Source of the DNA: Camelus ferus
Lineage: Eukaryota
DNA: 64,000 nucleotides
NCBI RefSeq assembly: GCF_009834535.1
Contig: NC_045698.1
Location: 6,016,001 to 6,080,000, forward strand
Direction: 5' to 3'
Position 1 is the stretch's first letter. The number at the start of each line of letters is the position of its first letter. The notes under the pieces were generated by a model, which was given only the letters and a program-made list of their open reading frames with translations, was not told the origin of the DNA and ran no database searches. This document shows, in pieces, positions 25,260 through 37,189 of this stretch. The position numbers and the translations under genes are program-made.

Positions 25260-26570
25260 TCTGCACAGTAGCTGCCAAAAAAGCCTACAAAACATCTAAA
25301 AGAAACTCCAGCAAGGAATGTTGAAAGCCTTTTGTTTAAAAATATGAAACTATGTAAAACCTATCTGCACCTCGAATACGTGGAGAGAGATTCAGTCTTC
25401 CCATTTGGGCAGATCCAGGAATGAAAAGAGAACAGTCCCGCCGTAATTACAATATCAGACCAGCAAATCTTGATAAAACATTTCCCAGGAGCTCTTTCAT
25501 TTATTTTATTTATTTTTCATTTATTGATAATTTAATTATAAATTCATCTGGGAAAAATTCCCCAGCAATAATCAGAGACCTACAAAACAATAAAGGGACT
25601 TGCCTTACCAAGCAGCAAGGCACATTATAAATCCAGAGCCATTAAACCATGGTATTGATATTGAAATATGAAATTCAGTCATTGAAACATAATACACAAT
25701 ATTGAGAGACCATATATATACATATAAAAGCAATTTTTCACAAAGGTGATATTTCAAATCAGTAATAAAGGAATCACAAAAAATAAATTCCAGAAATATC
25801 AAAGAAATAAATATAAAAGAAAGCAAAGCTATAAATGTATTATAAGAAAATTAAAGAAATTAATTTTAATATTGGGATAAAAATAACTTTGTGATCAAAT
25901 AGGAAATGAGAGGTTTTTTTCCCTATATCTAACCACCATAAGGAAACAAAGGTAAATTTGACATCATGAAAATATGTTTCAATAAGACAAAGTCACTATG
26001 AAATTAAAATAAGAGCTAAAGACTGGAGAAATATTTGCAGCATGTGTAAGGAAAAGGATTACTATTTAGAGTGTATTTAAAAATCTATATAAATATTCAA
26101 AAAACATTAAAATCCAGTAGATGAGGACACCATGAGTGGAGAAAGGGAATTCAGATGAGAGGAAACTTCAAGGACCCACAAATACACACAAGATCCAACC
26201 CTCTGCCTGAGAGCTGAATATGCGAAAATAATATTGAAGTATAATTTTGTTCCATAAGATCTACAAGATTGAAAAATATAAGAATGGCACCATCTAATTT
26301 TGTTGACCATGTAGGGACATGGGTACTGTCATTCTTTGGGGGATGGACTGGTCCAGCCTTCCAAGTACAACCTGAGTCTTTATGGACATGATCAACGTGC
26401 TACACTTTTAATTCATCATTTTCACTTCTCCAAATCTAATCTTAAAACATATGCACATGGGAAAAGAGAACTCACGATAGCCACAAACTTTTCGTTGCAC
26501 CTTTGTATTTAGTAATAAAATATGGGGTGGGGAGCATTGTTACAATCATCTCCAGGAAAATGGTTACACA
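25260..26570 (+). mobile_element. Highly diverged L1ME-type ORF2 3' region
   Basis: aaattcatctgg, gggacttgccttacca, caaaggtgatatttcaaatcagt and gactggagaaatatttgca occur in L1 order. Confidence 0.75.
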
Positions 26571-26889
26571 GTCACATTGTGAAGAAGAACAGGGCAATCT
26601 CTCCACTGGTCAGCCTCCCTCAAATTCTAGACTCCTCAAAGGTAGCCATGCTAAAATGTAGCGTCTGTCTTCCTTGAACTTTAAATACAGCATGTCCAGT
26701 TTTATTCAGAAATGATATATACAGATATGTGTATGCATATATACAAATTTGTATATGTATACATACAAGTATGCACATATAAACATTTATTATGTAAATG
26801 TATATACAAATAATAAATAGCTTTGTTTCATGTATATTTTTATAAGCACAAAGCATTTTACTAGCTATATTATTTTGTAATTTGTATTT

Positions 26890-27260
26890 TTCAGTTATGA
26901 AGGTTGTGAAGGTATTCCTATACTATCCCGTACAATTCTTCTTCTTTGTTTTAAAAACTCCTAATTGTCTGTAAGGCATAAGAAAATGGTGTGTGTGTGC
27001 GCGCGTGCGAGCGTGTCCGTGCACACGAGCGTACGCACGTATGTGCGCTTGCATCTGGGCGGGTTATTTTTCACTCGTTAAACCAGACTTGAATTTCTGG
27101 GATAAATAAACCCAAATTGATCACGTGCATTTACTTTTTGTTCATTTTAACTTGCTGGCTTTGTGAATAATCTGTTAAAATTTTGTATTCACATTCAAGC
27201 AAGGATCCTCCTGCGGCTTGCTTTTCTAGCACTGCTTTTCCGGTCATTAGCAGCAATGTG
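26890..27260 (-). mobile_element. Old L1 ORF2 fragment carrying a TG/CG tract
   Basis: ttaaaccagacttgaatttctgggataaataaacccaaattgatca and aattttgtattcacattca are antisense L1 ORF2 motifs. Confidence 0.6.
26989..27048. repeat. Alternating purine-pyrimidine (TG/CG) tract
   Basis: gtgtgtgtgtgcgcgcgtgcgagcgtgtccgtgcacacgagcgtacgcacgtatgtgcgc, containing 11 CpGs. Confidence 0.9.
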
Positions 27261-28982
27261 TTAAACGCCACGTTTTTGTGTTTCCCGCGTGATCTAACGG
27301 AGCCTTATGCTCCTTCGCTATTTGATATGCTTGTTTGCTCCGGCTGCTTACCTGCGACATAATACTGTTGTCACACTTTTCATTACACTTTGATGATAAT
27401 AATAATAATACTGATATTGGCCTGGAATTCCTATTTTGTGGAGACAGTGTAATGTATTCAGCTTTAACCCTGAACACAAAATCTTTGTTATTGTGAGTTC
27501 GTTCATTCTGTGCGGCTTTAATGAGCTCTGTGTTAATGGGCCTCACGGTCAAAACATCAGGCACCGCTTTGAACAGTGAGGGGCAAAGGTGCAAAATAAT
27601 TAGTTGCTATTTTAGGCCTCAAGGTCTTTCAGTGACAATAGGGAGAGGAGAGGACAAAACAGAGTAATGAGGAAAGGACTTTGCCCAGCAGGACATGGGC
27701 GTAATTAATTTAGCTAAAGTTAATGTGAAAAGAGTGGAAAATGGACTCAAAATGCTTATACTCCTGCATGCATTTTTAATTGTGAAGCTTTTCAATGGGG
27801 ATTTTGCTTTATCCCAGTAACTAACACATCTATTTATTTTAATGAAGATACTCTATAAACCTGAAGCCAAAGAAAGGAACACCATCACTTATTCATTTTA
27901 AACCATCCATTCTTTTATTTAACCAAATGATAAATGTTGACAATAAAGGCATAACATGTGAAATAAAATGGAAGGGAAACACTTCTAAATAAATACGTTC
28001 CACCAATGATATAGTCACTTTCTTCATGATTTACCAAGACGCCTCATTTGTGATTTTCAGTTATGCTTATGTTTTAATTAGTATTTTTGTAATGCTTTCA
28101 GTGAGGACCATGAAGCAGATTCAAGGTCCTGCATACATTTCAAATAGCCCTGAGAGATCAGAAGAAATATGGGTAGTTTTCTACTGACTCTAAAAAGGAG
28201 AAAAAATAATTTAAACAGCGTATGAGCATTACAAAGAGATTGCTAACAGGTTTGTAGATTTTTCTAAGAAACAACTTTCTGAATAGCTAGCTTACAACCC
28301 AAGACAGCATCAAAGTGAAGAGAGAACGTAATTTATCATGAAGTCTCAATGAAAGCGTCTCTACAAAATCAGATTTCTCAAGCTCTCTTTTCATCTCGGT
28401 TTCTGACCTAGAAACTTCACCAAAGCCTCTTTTTGTGTGTAGACATTTTTATTAAGAGTACATGCATAACACACACTGAAAGTGATGTAACAACGTACAG
28501 CAAACTAGCCCATAACCCGTTGTGTGGCCGCATCATGGGCAGCGGTAACGGTGAGCCAAGCAGTGAGAGACTCACTTTTCCATCAGTGCGTCTTCAGAAA
28601 GCCCTGTGGCTTTTCTAGTATGTTTCTTCAATTGTAAAATAGTCATTCTCTGTCTCACTTTATCAGATCCTCTGTAAAGAGGACCTCATCTTGGAAAACT
28701 TGAAACACTATGATAATATTAATTTTAATTCAATCACATCAAGTATTTCCTAAATTCCCATCTCAAGGTGCTGCAGTTGACACTGGTGTGATGCTGCCAA
28801 CATTTCCCACGAAGCACCAGGGCATCAGATCTTACTCTGTGCGTAAATCCAGGGATACACAGATGTGCCTGTGGACTCCTGCAGGGGGATGTATATTTGG
28901 AAAAGGGGGCAGCGCACTGAGCTTAAACCAGGAAAATGATATCTCTACTTCCTTTCAACCACTGAGATAATTGTAGATTCAT

Positions 28983-29185
28983 GTGTTCTTAGTCGGGGCT
29001 GCTGTAACAAGACATCACGACGGGTGGCTAAAACCGTAAACTTTTATTTCACGTATTTCTGGATTCTGAGAGTCTAATATCAAATGCCAGCAGATTGGGT
29101 GTCTGGTTAGGGCTCTCTTCTTGGTTCACAGATGGCCACTTTCTCATGTGACCTCACATGGCAAATTGAGAGAGAGAGAGAATTT
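28983..29185 (-). mobile_element. MLT1A/B-like LTR fragment
   Basis: gggctgctgtaacaagacatcac...gccagcagattgggtgtctggttagggctctcttcttggttcacagatggcc. Confidence 0.8.
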
Positions 29186-30171
29186 TTCTTCATTTTCTTC
29201 TCAGCTCCTAGATAATGATAACTACCATCTAACTTTTTGTCATCTGAGTCCCAACTTTTGTAAAGGCTGCCCTACCCATAGCATCAATTTGGGGCCAGGA
29301 TGTGCCCATCCACCTTCCTAAATGCCCCTAAATGGCATCTGAGCTTCTGATAACTTTCACTGCTCATGTTCCGCTGCCCCTGCAGAGAAGCACCTGCTCC
29401 CACACTGTTCTCAATGACCAATGCCCACTGGGCTGACCCAGGAATGATTTTTGTGTCAGCTCCTCTAGACTCCATGGACCATGCTGGGAGCTGTGCTCAG
29501 ATGGTGATTATTCTCGGCTTCAGTCATGGCCCCATGAAAGGCAGAACTTTAGAGATGAAAAGTCCTGGATCTCATTACCAGTCCCCACCTCAGACGTGAA
29601 CGCTAGAATTTGAAGGCTCTTCCTATGCTTTTGCAGCTTAACTAGGCCATCGGTATCCCCTACCTGAAGGCTGCACTAATTACGGTGCTAAGATGCATGG
29701 CTATATTTCAGTTAATTGAGTTCATTTGCTAGCTTGCAAAAAATAAAAAAATTTTAAAAACTGCAATTAGCAAAAGAAATTGTGCATGTTGTATTTTTTG
29801 CAGGTCAGCTTTGAAATAATAACTGTTTGACCTGCTCTAAATAAAATGAGAAAAACAGTCCATGCTGAACTATTCGTAGGCAGAGGTGATGAACATATGT
29901 TTCTAATCTTAGTTCTTGACAATCACTAACAATATACTTCAGCTACGAAATGAGCATCTGGCTCAGAGAATAAAGAAACTAGCTGGCTTGACGTGGGAAT
30001 GAAGTTCCTAGGCTCCGATTTTCATGACTGCTGTAGTCTTGTTTTTTCTGGCTTTTCCCATCCAGTAAAAGGATGCTGCTTACCCACGCGCGTGGTACTG
30101 TGTGGACAGCCTGGGTGCCCTCAGCTTACACCACACTTCAGGTGGAAGGAGATTATTGGTTCTCTTCGCAG

Positions 30172-30213
30172 CTGCCGCATCTGGATGTGATCAGGTGGCT
30201 TGATTTGCTTCAG
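30172..30213 (+). other. Candidate 42-nt internal exon
   Basis: Acceptor ggttctcttcgcag and perfect donor CAG|GTAAGT. Only one frame is open (LPHLDVIRWLDLLQ). No homology recognised. Confidence 0.3.
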
Positions 30214-33200
30214 GTAAGTGTGAAGCATGATGGGAGAGGGGTGTTGATTGCCATCTGCCCTGTAAGGAACTGTGGGCTCAAAGTGGAAGAGGAGTTTGAT
30301 CATCAGGATGTTGGGTTTCTTTTTCAGCCACAGTTGCTTTACTGCTGTCAGACTATGTGCAATGTATTTCATTTTTTGGCACATCTGTTATTTATGTTTT
30401 TTATTCCTAACCTTAGGTGTACAATACTGGCTTTGCATTGTAATTTATAGAAACATTGTTTTTAAGGTTTCTCTGATGATTGAGTCAAACTCTGAGATGT
30501 ACAAGGTCCTCAGGTGACCCCTGTGAACATTAAAGTTCGGGGATGCTGGGGAAAGCGGGGAGGCATAGCAACAGCGCCAAGGGTTTTCAACTTGTCTGCT
30601 GAAGGGAAGCTGAGCCAGGAGCGGAGGGCTGGAGCTGAGGTGGTGCACCAGCCCCTCTGGGGAAGGCGTGTCAGGGGTCCCCCCCCCTTGACCCACTTTG
30701 ACCTCAGCTGGCCTCTTGCTTGAGGACTCATCTCATTGGTGTTGCCTTAGGACCTGCCAGCCTCCCTGGGGACACAGGTCACTAAGATGCAGGCACTTCC
30801 TTTCCAAATCACATTCTTCAAATGCTGATCCTCATCCCGGCAGTGAGGGCTGGATATGTTCTTTGTCTCTCTTACACCTTTGCCCTTCTGAGACCCCTGG
30901 GATTTTTGTGAAGCTGCATCTTCCTCTGGAGTTACAAGGGGACCCTTGTCCGAGGCTTTCCTTCTTCCCTGGGCCATTCATTGGAATGTGACCACAGGTT
31001 CTCTGCTCCCAGGAGGCTTTTAAAAAATCTTCACAGTATCTTGTCCAGGGGGGCTGGGGACTAGAGGGCAGATCCTCTAAGTTCATCTGTTTCTCTCTAA
31101 ACTTCAGTTCCATTCAGGCAGGAGAAGTCCGGTTCTGTCTGCCTGGACCCCCCTCAGGCCCCTCTGTCCCCACCTACCTATACGTTAATTTACCTGATTT
31201 CCCTCCCCAGCCAGGGGTGAATGGCCACCTCTGTCTCTCGCCTGCACTGAGGTGGTCATAGGGGAGAAGAAACAAACATGTGGGCTATTTTCTCAAATTT
31301 ACTTTCACCCCTGAAGATGAAAGCAGCTGATAGGAGGGGTTCTGCCATCCACGAGGTTACCTTTGCCAGCTGTGTTATGTAGACCCCTGCTTGAAGCAGA
31401 TCAGTGCATTTTAGACTTTAAAGAAGTGTGCCTAGATGCAGGATGAGCAGAAGGGCAGGAAAAAGACATAGACAAGACTGAAGGGCTAGTGGCTTTCACC
31501 AAGGACGGGGTCCGGATCTGTCCCCGGGCGCAACACAAGTGGACTGCCTGGTTGAAGACAGCGGGTTGGTATGGGTGAGACTAATCTCATTCCAGTTGTC
31601 CACTAGCTTACTTATTTTGGAATAACCTCTTGAGCAGGGAAGTTACTTTACAGAGAATTTGCAACTCAAAATATTTGGTTTTCCATTATTTTTGCAGTCT
31701 TTAAAGAGAGCGGTGGTCTCCTCTAAGACTCTGCAGACAGGCTTTCTTCCTGATACAGCACAGCACACCTGCTGGCTGGGAGTTCCGGTTTGACTGTGCA
31801 GGTGTGTGAGTGCCCGGCTCCCTGGGGGAGACTGGTGTGCACTGGCTCAGTGCGGGACATGACGGATCCCCTTCGCGGTGGAGACAAGGGTTGAGACCTC
31901 ATTAGTAAGCAACGCTAGGCTTCCACTTCTTCAGAGTGGTGAGCTTCCTCTGGTTCTCTCTCCTCATCCCCCACGAGGGAGTTAGACAGGACTCACTTCC
32001 CCACGTGCTTTCAATTAAAAAATCATAGTAGGATGGGTCCATCATTATCTCAGCCAGTACTGACTGGCCTTTCCTAACGAAGTGTGGAATTGGATCTATA
32101 CAGCACTGATTTATGCAGCATCCCGTAAACATATGTTCTTGCACAAAACAACGTAAAATCCGACTCTAGGTGTTTAATGACACATGGGACTTTGTCTCAC
32201 CTACAAGTAGAATGAGAACAGTTTGCATTCGTCAATGGACCCCCGGCTGTGTGCCTGTGAACATTCTCTGAGGAACCCTGCCCGCCACACACACACAACG
32301 TAAATCTTCCCTATCTGCCCAGAGCCCTCTTCACTTCGCTTCCCACCTGCGCTATAAATCTCCTTCGTGTGGGCCAGCTGAATGGCTTATTGCAATTTGG
32401 TGAGCAAAAACCCCATAAAGCAAATCTGCTAGGGTGACCTCCCCATTCATCAACCTGGCCCCACGGATCAGCCCCGTTAAACGCCTGGACAAACTTTCTC
32501 GGGAACTCTGACATCAGCTTTGGTACACGCTCCTGGAAAGAGAAGCGAGAGAGAAATTTCACGGGAAACCGGTGTCTAGAGGGAACTAGATGTGTACCTG
32601 TGTTTTCCATTCCCACCCCACCAGTAAAACCGAGACCTTTGCTTCATGGACAGGAGACTGGTGCTCATAATAGTAAAAGTGAGTGCTCAGAGGCTCATGA
32701 GAGTGTGCAAGTGTGCTGGTCTCTAAACCAGCTACTTCTGGAAAGAACCTGTACATTTGAAGAGAATAAGAGTTGGCAGTTCGCCAGCATCCTCGGAGTA
32801 CTTATTATCCCAGTGAAACGAACTGTTGCGTAATTGGGCCACAAAGATCTTTCAGGGGCCCCCTCTTCCCACACAGCAAGAACAAAGCTTGTAGGAAACC
32901 ACTTTTGTTTGTAAACATTACTGGAGATTCTGGATGCAAAAATAAGCTCCCACTTCATCTTTTGTATTTCAGGTTTATATACCTTGAAATGTAAGTTATT
33001 CTCATAGAGCAAGCAAGGTATATATCTTTATATAAGTTATCTAGAGTATAAGAGGAACTTTTAATATCTACTTCTGTATTGCTTATATTGAAAGAAAGCA
33101 AAGTTCTGAAATTCTGGTTAAAAATACTGCAGAGTCTTTTTGGGTCAGTTTAGGGTAAATAAATCCATGAAATAGCTTATATTCTTCCTTTAGTAATGTG

Positions 33201-33666
33201 TCTTGATTTTAGCTATTTTGTAGCATGTTTTAAAGCCTGCATGATCTATTAATATTTTTATTTGACTGTAAGATTATTGTCCCAAAGTTGCATCCTTAAA
33301 TTACCTTTATTTCAGAATGGTTCCTTTGTTGCTTGTTAGGATTACAGTATTAATAGACAGTCTTAATAGTATGATAGACTTAATAGAACTTGGAAATTGA
33401 GAAGCGAAAATAAACATCAGTGCAATCCATCTGAGGTTAAAGTTTGTATAAGTGATTATGATAGCAGGTCTTGTGAGGGATCACAAGAAAAAAAAGATCA
33501 CAGGAAAAATGATTACACTCATTGGCAGTAGTAAATCAGTTATTTTAGTAATTTATTCAATAAAATTTGTTTGCATTTCAACTATGTCTTTGCTCCTGTC
33601 TTCACTGCTGGGTATGAAAGTTTGGAGAACAACAGTCTGTGCCCCCAGAAGCTCTTGGTCCAGGAC

Positions 33667-33888
33667 AAAGTTGCTCAAACTCAGCACTATTGATACTTTG
33701 GGCCAGATGATTCTCTGTTGTGATGGGGAGGGTGGTGTGCACTGCAGGATTTTAGTCACATCCTTGGTCTACACCCATTAGATGCCAGCAGAGTGCCCTC
33801 CGCCAGCAGTGACAATCAGACATGTCCTTAGAGTTTGCAAGTTTCTCAACTGTCCCCTGGGAGGCAAAATCACATTTAAGGAGCACTG
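33667..33888 (+). mobile_element. MER20 (hAT-Charlie)
   Basis: ctcagcactattgatactttgggccagatgattctctgttgtg...cattagatgccagca...tgtcccctgggaggcaaaatcac. Confidence 0.9.
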
Positions 33889-34802
33889 TCCTAGTGGGAC
33901 AGAGAGGTTGTTCGAGTCAACGATCTGTGCTAAGCAATGGGAGAGCTCAGGGTGCTGAAGGAACGCTGTGAACTGACTCCACACCAGGGCTAAGAGAGGC
34001 AAAGTGGCCTTGATGGCTTGTCTGGATGGCAGCTCATTCAGGAGAAATAGGCTAAAAATTTTGACTTAATTTGGTAGGAATTGAGATACCTCTAAAGACT
34101 TATTCTCCGCAAAGTGACAAGATGAACATTTTCATTATCAGCCAGTTTATCTGTTCTGAGACCTGAAACTTGTTTATGACTTTAAGCTGGGGAAGATTTT
34201 CTTAAACATCGTCCTATATTTTTCCACAAGTGTTTTGCCTCCCACGTTCATACAGCACATCTCAGCGATTCTAGACGGAGGGACTGATCCGATCTTACTT
34301 CCTCTGTGTGGTGAGGAAGGTTTCCAGCCTGGTGGTCCTGAGCTGGGGTGTCCAGGCTCTGACCCACTGTGGTTTGCAGTCCAGGCTCCCTGTACACTTC
34401 CTTATTGGCCTGTTTGCCTGTATCTTCCAAAGTGCCAGACTCTGGCTTTGCAATATTATCTTCCATCTAGTAGAGGAAGTCCTCCCTTTTTCTTCTTTAG
34501 AACTGGTTCATAAATCTAGAGAGATTTGTTCTGCCATAAATTTGAAAGCCATCCAACTCCTGCTCCCAAATTGTTTAGGTTTCTATCAGCCAATGAATAT
34601 TTTTTGCTTTATTTGATAAGGATGGATATCTTAACGTTTGCCCATGCGTCTTTATCTACACTTCTGTTTCACTGAATAACTTGCTCACCAAAGAGCCAAT
34701 ATATTTAGCGTAATTCTTGGCTATGTGATAATAGAATGTTTATGCAAATGGTATCTTATTGAAGTTTCTAAGCACATTTTCTGCATTGCTTAGGTTTATG
34801 GG

Positions 34803-34902
34803 TTTTTTAATTCTTATTTTTTTATTGAAGTGTAGTCGATTTACAATGTTAGTTTCATGTATACAGCAAAGCAATCAGTTATACATATACATATGTACGT
34901 AC
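34803..34902 (-). mobile_element. Young L1 3'-end stub (~100 bp)
   Basis: Poly-T followed by ttattgaagtgtagtcgatttacaatgttagtttcatgtatacagcaaagcaatcagttatacatatac. Possible imperfect TSD aggtttatg/aggtgtatg. Confidence 0.85.
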
Positions 34903-35126
34903 AGGTGTATGTTTTGATCTTTACAGCTACTTTATACTCACACTTTATTAGTCTTTCTGCTGATTCTTCTGATTTTTGTATGTATCCTATTTAAATATAC
35001 CCTGCAGATAACAGTATTTGACTTTTTTCTCCTAATTCTTATATTGCTTATTTTTCTTTTTGTAAAAGTATTGAGTAAAATTATCTAAGATGGAAATATT
35101 TATAGATTCAGCTATATTATAATTTA

Positions 35127-35241
35127 AAAAAAGAAACAAGATATAACTGAAAAATTGTGCTCTACACTGGAATTTGACACATTATAAAATGATTATAAAT
35201 CAATAAAAATGTTAAAAAATAAAAAGAAAAAAGAAACAAGA
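35127..35241 (+). mobile_element. Young L1 3'-end stub (85 bp) with 15-bp TSD
   Basis: TSD aaaaaagaaacaaga at 35127-35141 and 35227-35241, with a TTT|AAAA endonuclease site, AATAAA and an A-rich tail. Same family as the 8.6 kb insertion. Confidence 0.92.
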
Positions 35242-35269
35242 GTCGTGATTAAGCAGAAATTTGTATTTG

Positions 35270-36050
35270 TTTCTTATGTAAAAGGACCAATGACTAGTAT
35301 CTAAAATATTGTAGCAACTCCTAAAATCAACGTGGATAAAGAAATATCCAGTAGATAAATTATCAATGAATCTGAAAAGGCAGGACATAGTTTAAAAAAT
35401 CTGAATGCCCAATAAGTTTGAGCATTTATTTCTCCCTATGTTTATTAATAATGAAAGGATAGTATATTTAAAATTAAAATACTACTTTATGTTTCCCTTT
35501 TGCTAAAGTTTAAAAAGTTAGATACAAAACTCATTGTCAAGGCAATATGGACATAAAGTTTTAGTGAGAGTCTGAATTAAGGCAGCAATTCTGAGGGAAA
35601 ATTCAAGCATTTAATAAACCATGGTATATATTTAACTTGAAAAAAAGCTCTTCCACCACCAAGGTATATAGTCAAAAGGAGCTCTGAGTGAATAACTTAT
35701 TGTGCATGGTGAACTGAAAGGAGATGCTAAAAATACCCGACCTACAGCAGGCATTAACCATGGTTGACCCAGTCAAACCTGGATATCTGGTCACCCTCCC
35801 TTAGGAACTCTCATGCAAGTTCAAAGACATCTAAGAGATGCTAATTTTATCATTATAATATTGGAAAGTGGAAGAGTCTGGATCTACCAATAAAATGGAC
35901 CAAAAATACTGGTGTGTAAGTATCTTGAAATACTATAGAATAGTCCAAAGTAGTACCCGTCTACATATCAATGTTGATTTACCTCAAAAGCAAATTTGGA
36001 TTTAAAAAGTGTATTATATATGGGATTATATATTTATATAATATATGTAC
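35270..36050 (+). mobile_element. Old L1ME-type 3' region, interrupted by MER94
   Basis: caactcctaaaatcaa, atgaatctgaaaaggca, ttagtgagagtctgaatt and tgaaatactatagaatagt occur in L1 order. Confidence 0.6.
35686..35797. mobile_element. MER94-like hAT-Blackjack element
   Basis: tgaaaggagatgcta...cagcaggcattaacc...caaacctggatatctggtcaccct matches the recalled MER94 consensus. Confidence 0.65.
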
Positions 36051-36092
36051 ATCGAAACCACTATTTGCTTGCTATTTATTTGTACATACATA

Positions 36093-36476
36093 GTATTTTA
36101 GTCTGTTTGGGTTGCCATAACAGAATGCCATAGACTGGGTGACTTAAAAAACAGAAATCGTCTCCCAGTTCTGGTGGCTGGAAGTCCCAGGTTAGGTTCC
36201 AGCATAGTCAGATCCTGGCGAGGGTTCCCTTCCTGGCTCGCAGATGGCCGCTGCCTTGCTACAAGCTCACATGGCCTTTCTTCAGTGTGAATGTGGATGG
36301 AGTGAGAGGGAGAGAGCTCCCTTCCTCTTTTTATAAGGCCGCCAGTCCTATTGGATTAAAACCGTACCATTAAGACCTCATTTAACCATAATTACCTTCT
36401 AAGAGCTAGTGGTTATGTTGGGAGTTAGGGCTTCAACATATGAATTAGATGAAGAAACAAAATTTAGTCCATAGTA
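36093..36476 (-). mobile_element. MLT1A/B-like solo LTR
   Basis: tagtctgtttgggttgccataacagaatgccatagactgggtgacttaaa...gacctcatttaacc...ttagggcttcaacatatgaatt. Confidence 0.9.
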
Positions 36477-37189
36477 AATCAATAGATTTTTACTCATTTA
36501 TTACACATATCTTTTATGAAGAGTTTTTATGTAGACATGTGTTTATGTGAACACTAGTTTTTTTTTTTTTGACAGATAAGTATATAGTACATGGGAAGTA
36601 CATTAGGATCCAATATATTCAAGTTGCTGTTCATTTGGAAAGGATAATAAAATTAAGATGCTGATGAAAGGGACAAAAAATAAGGCTGCCCATGGACTGA
36701 TGGATGACAGTGTATCCCAGACTGGGAAATATAATTGATGGCATAAATTCAGTTCTATACCAATGAGAAGAAGCAGATTACAATATACGAATCTAAAAAT
36801 CTAACAGTGTGGAATGACTCAAGTGCCTGAATATGTGGAGGGGAGTATACATGCAAGTAAGTATAAAATGAAGCTGCTATAAGTCATGCAGCAAGGTTGA
36901 ATTTATGAGAAGTCAAAATTGTACTCTAAATAAAAACATCACATTTTAGATGTTAAGTGGTAGCAGTAATACACTTGAAGGCAAGTACACATGTAAGATT
37001 TCACCTCATTTAGATGAGGGAAAATCCAGCAATATTTGTGACATTTGTAGCAATTAGTAACTTCAAGTTAAAAAATGAGTAAAATGAAGAAATCTAATTT
37101 ACATGTGGTGTATTTGATGTGATTAATTTATGACAACATTTTCATTTATTACCAAAGGCAGATGCTTTCTTCAATCCAGGACAGTTCTT

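Noticed and set aside
26714..26850. Partly self-complementary TA/TG-rich tract
   Set aside because: A decayed (TA)n/(TG)n microsatellite; the complementarity follows trivially from its composition.
31698..31801. Possible + strand exon (tttttgcag|...CAG|gtgtgt)
   Set aside because: Stops in all three frames and a weak donor; unsupported without RNA data.
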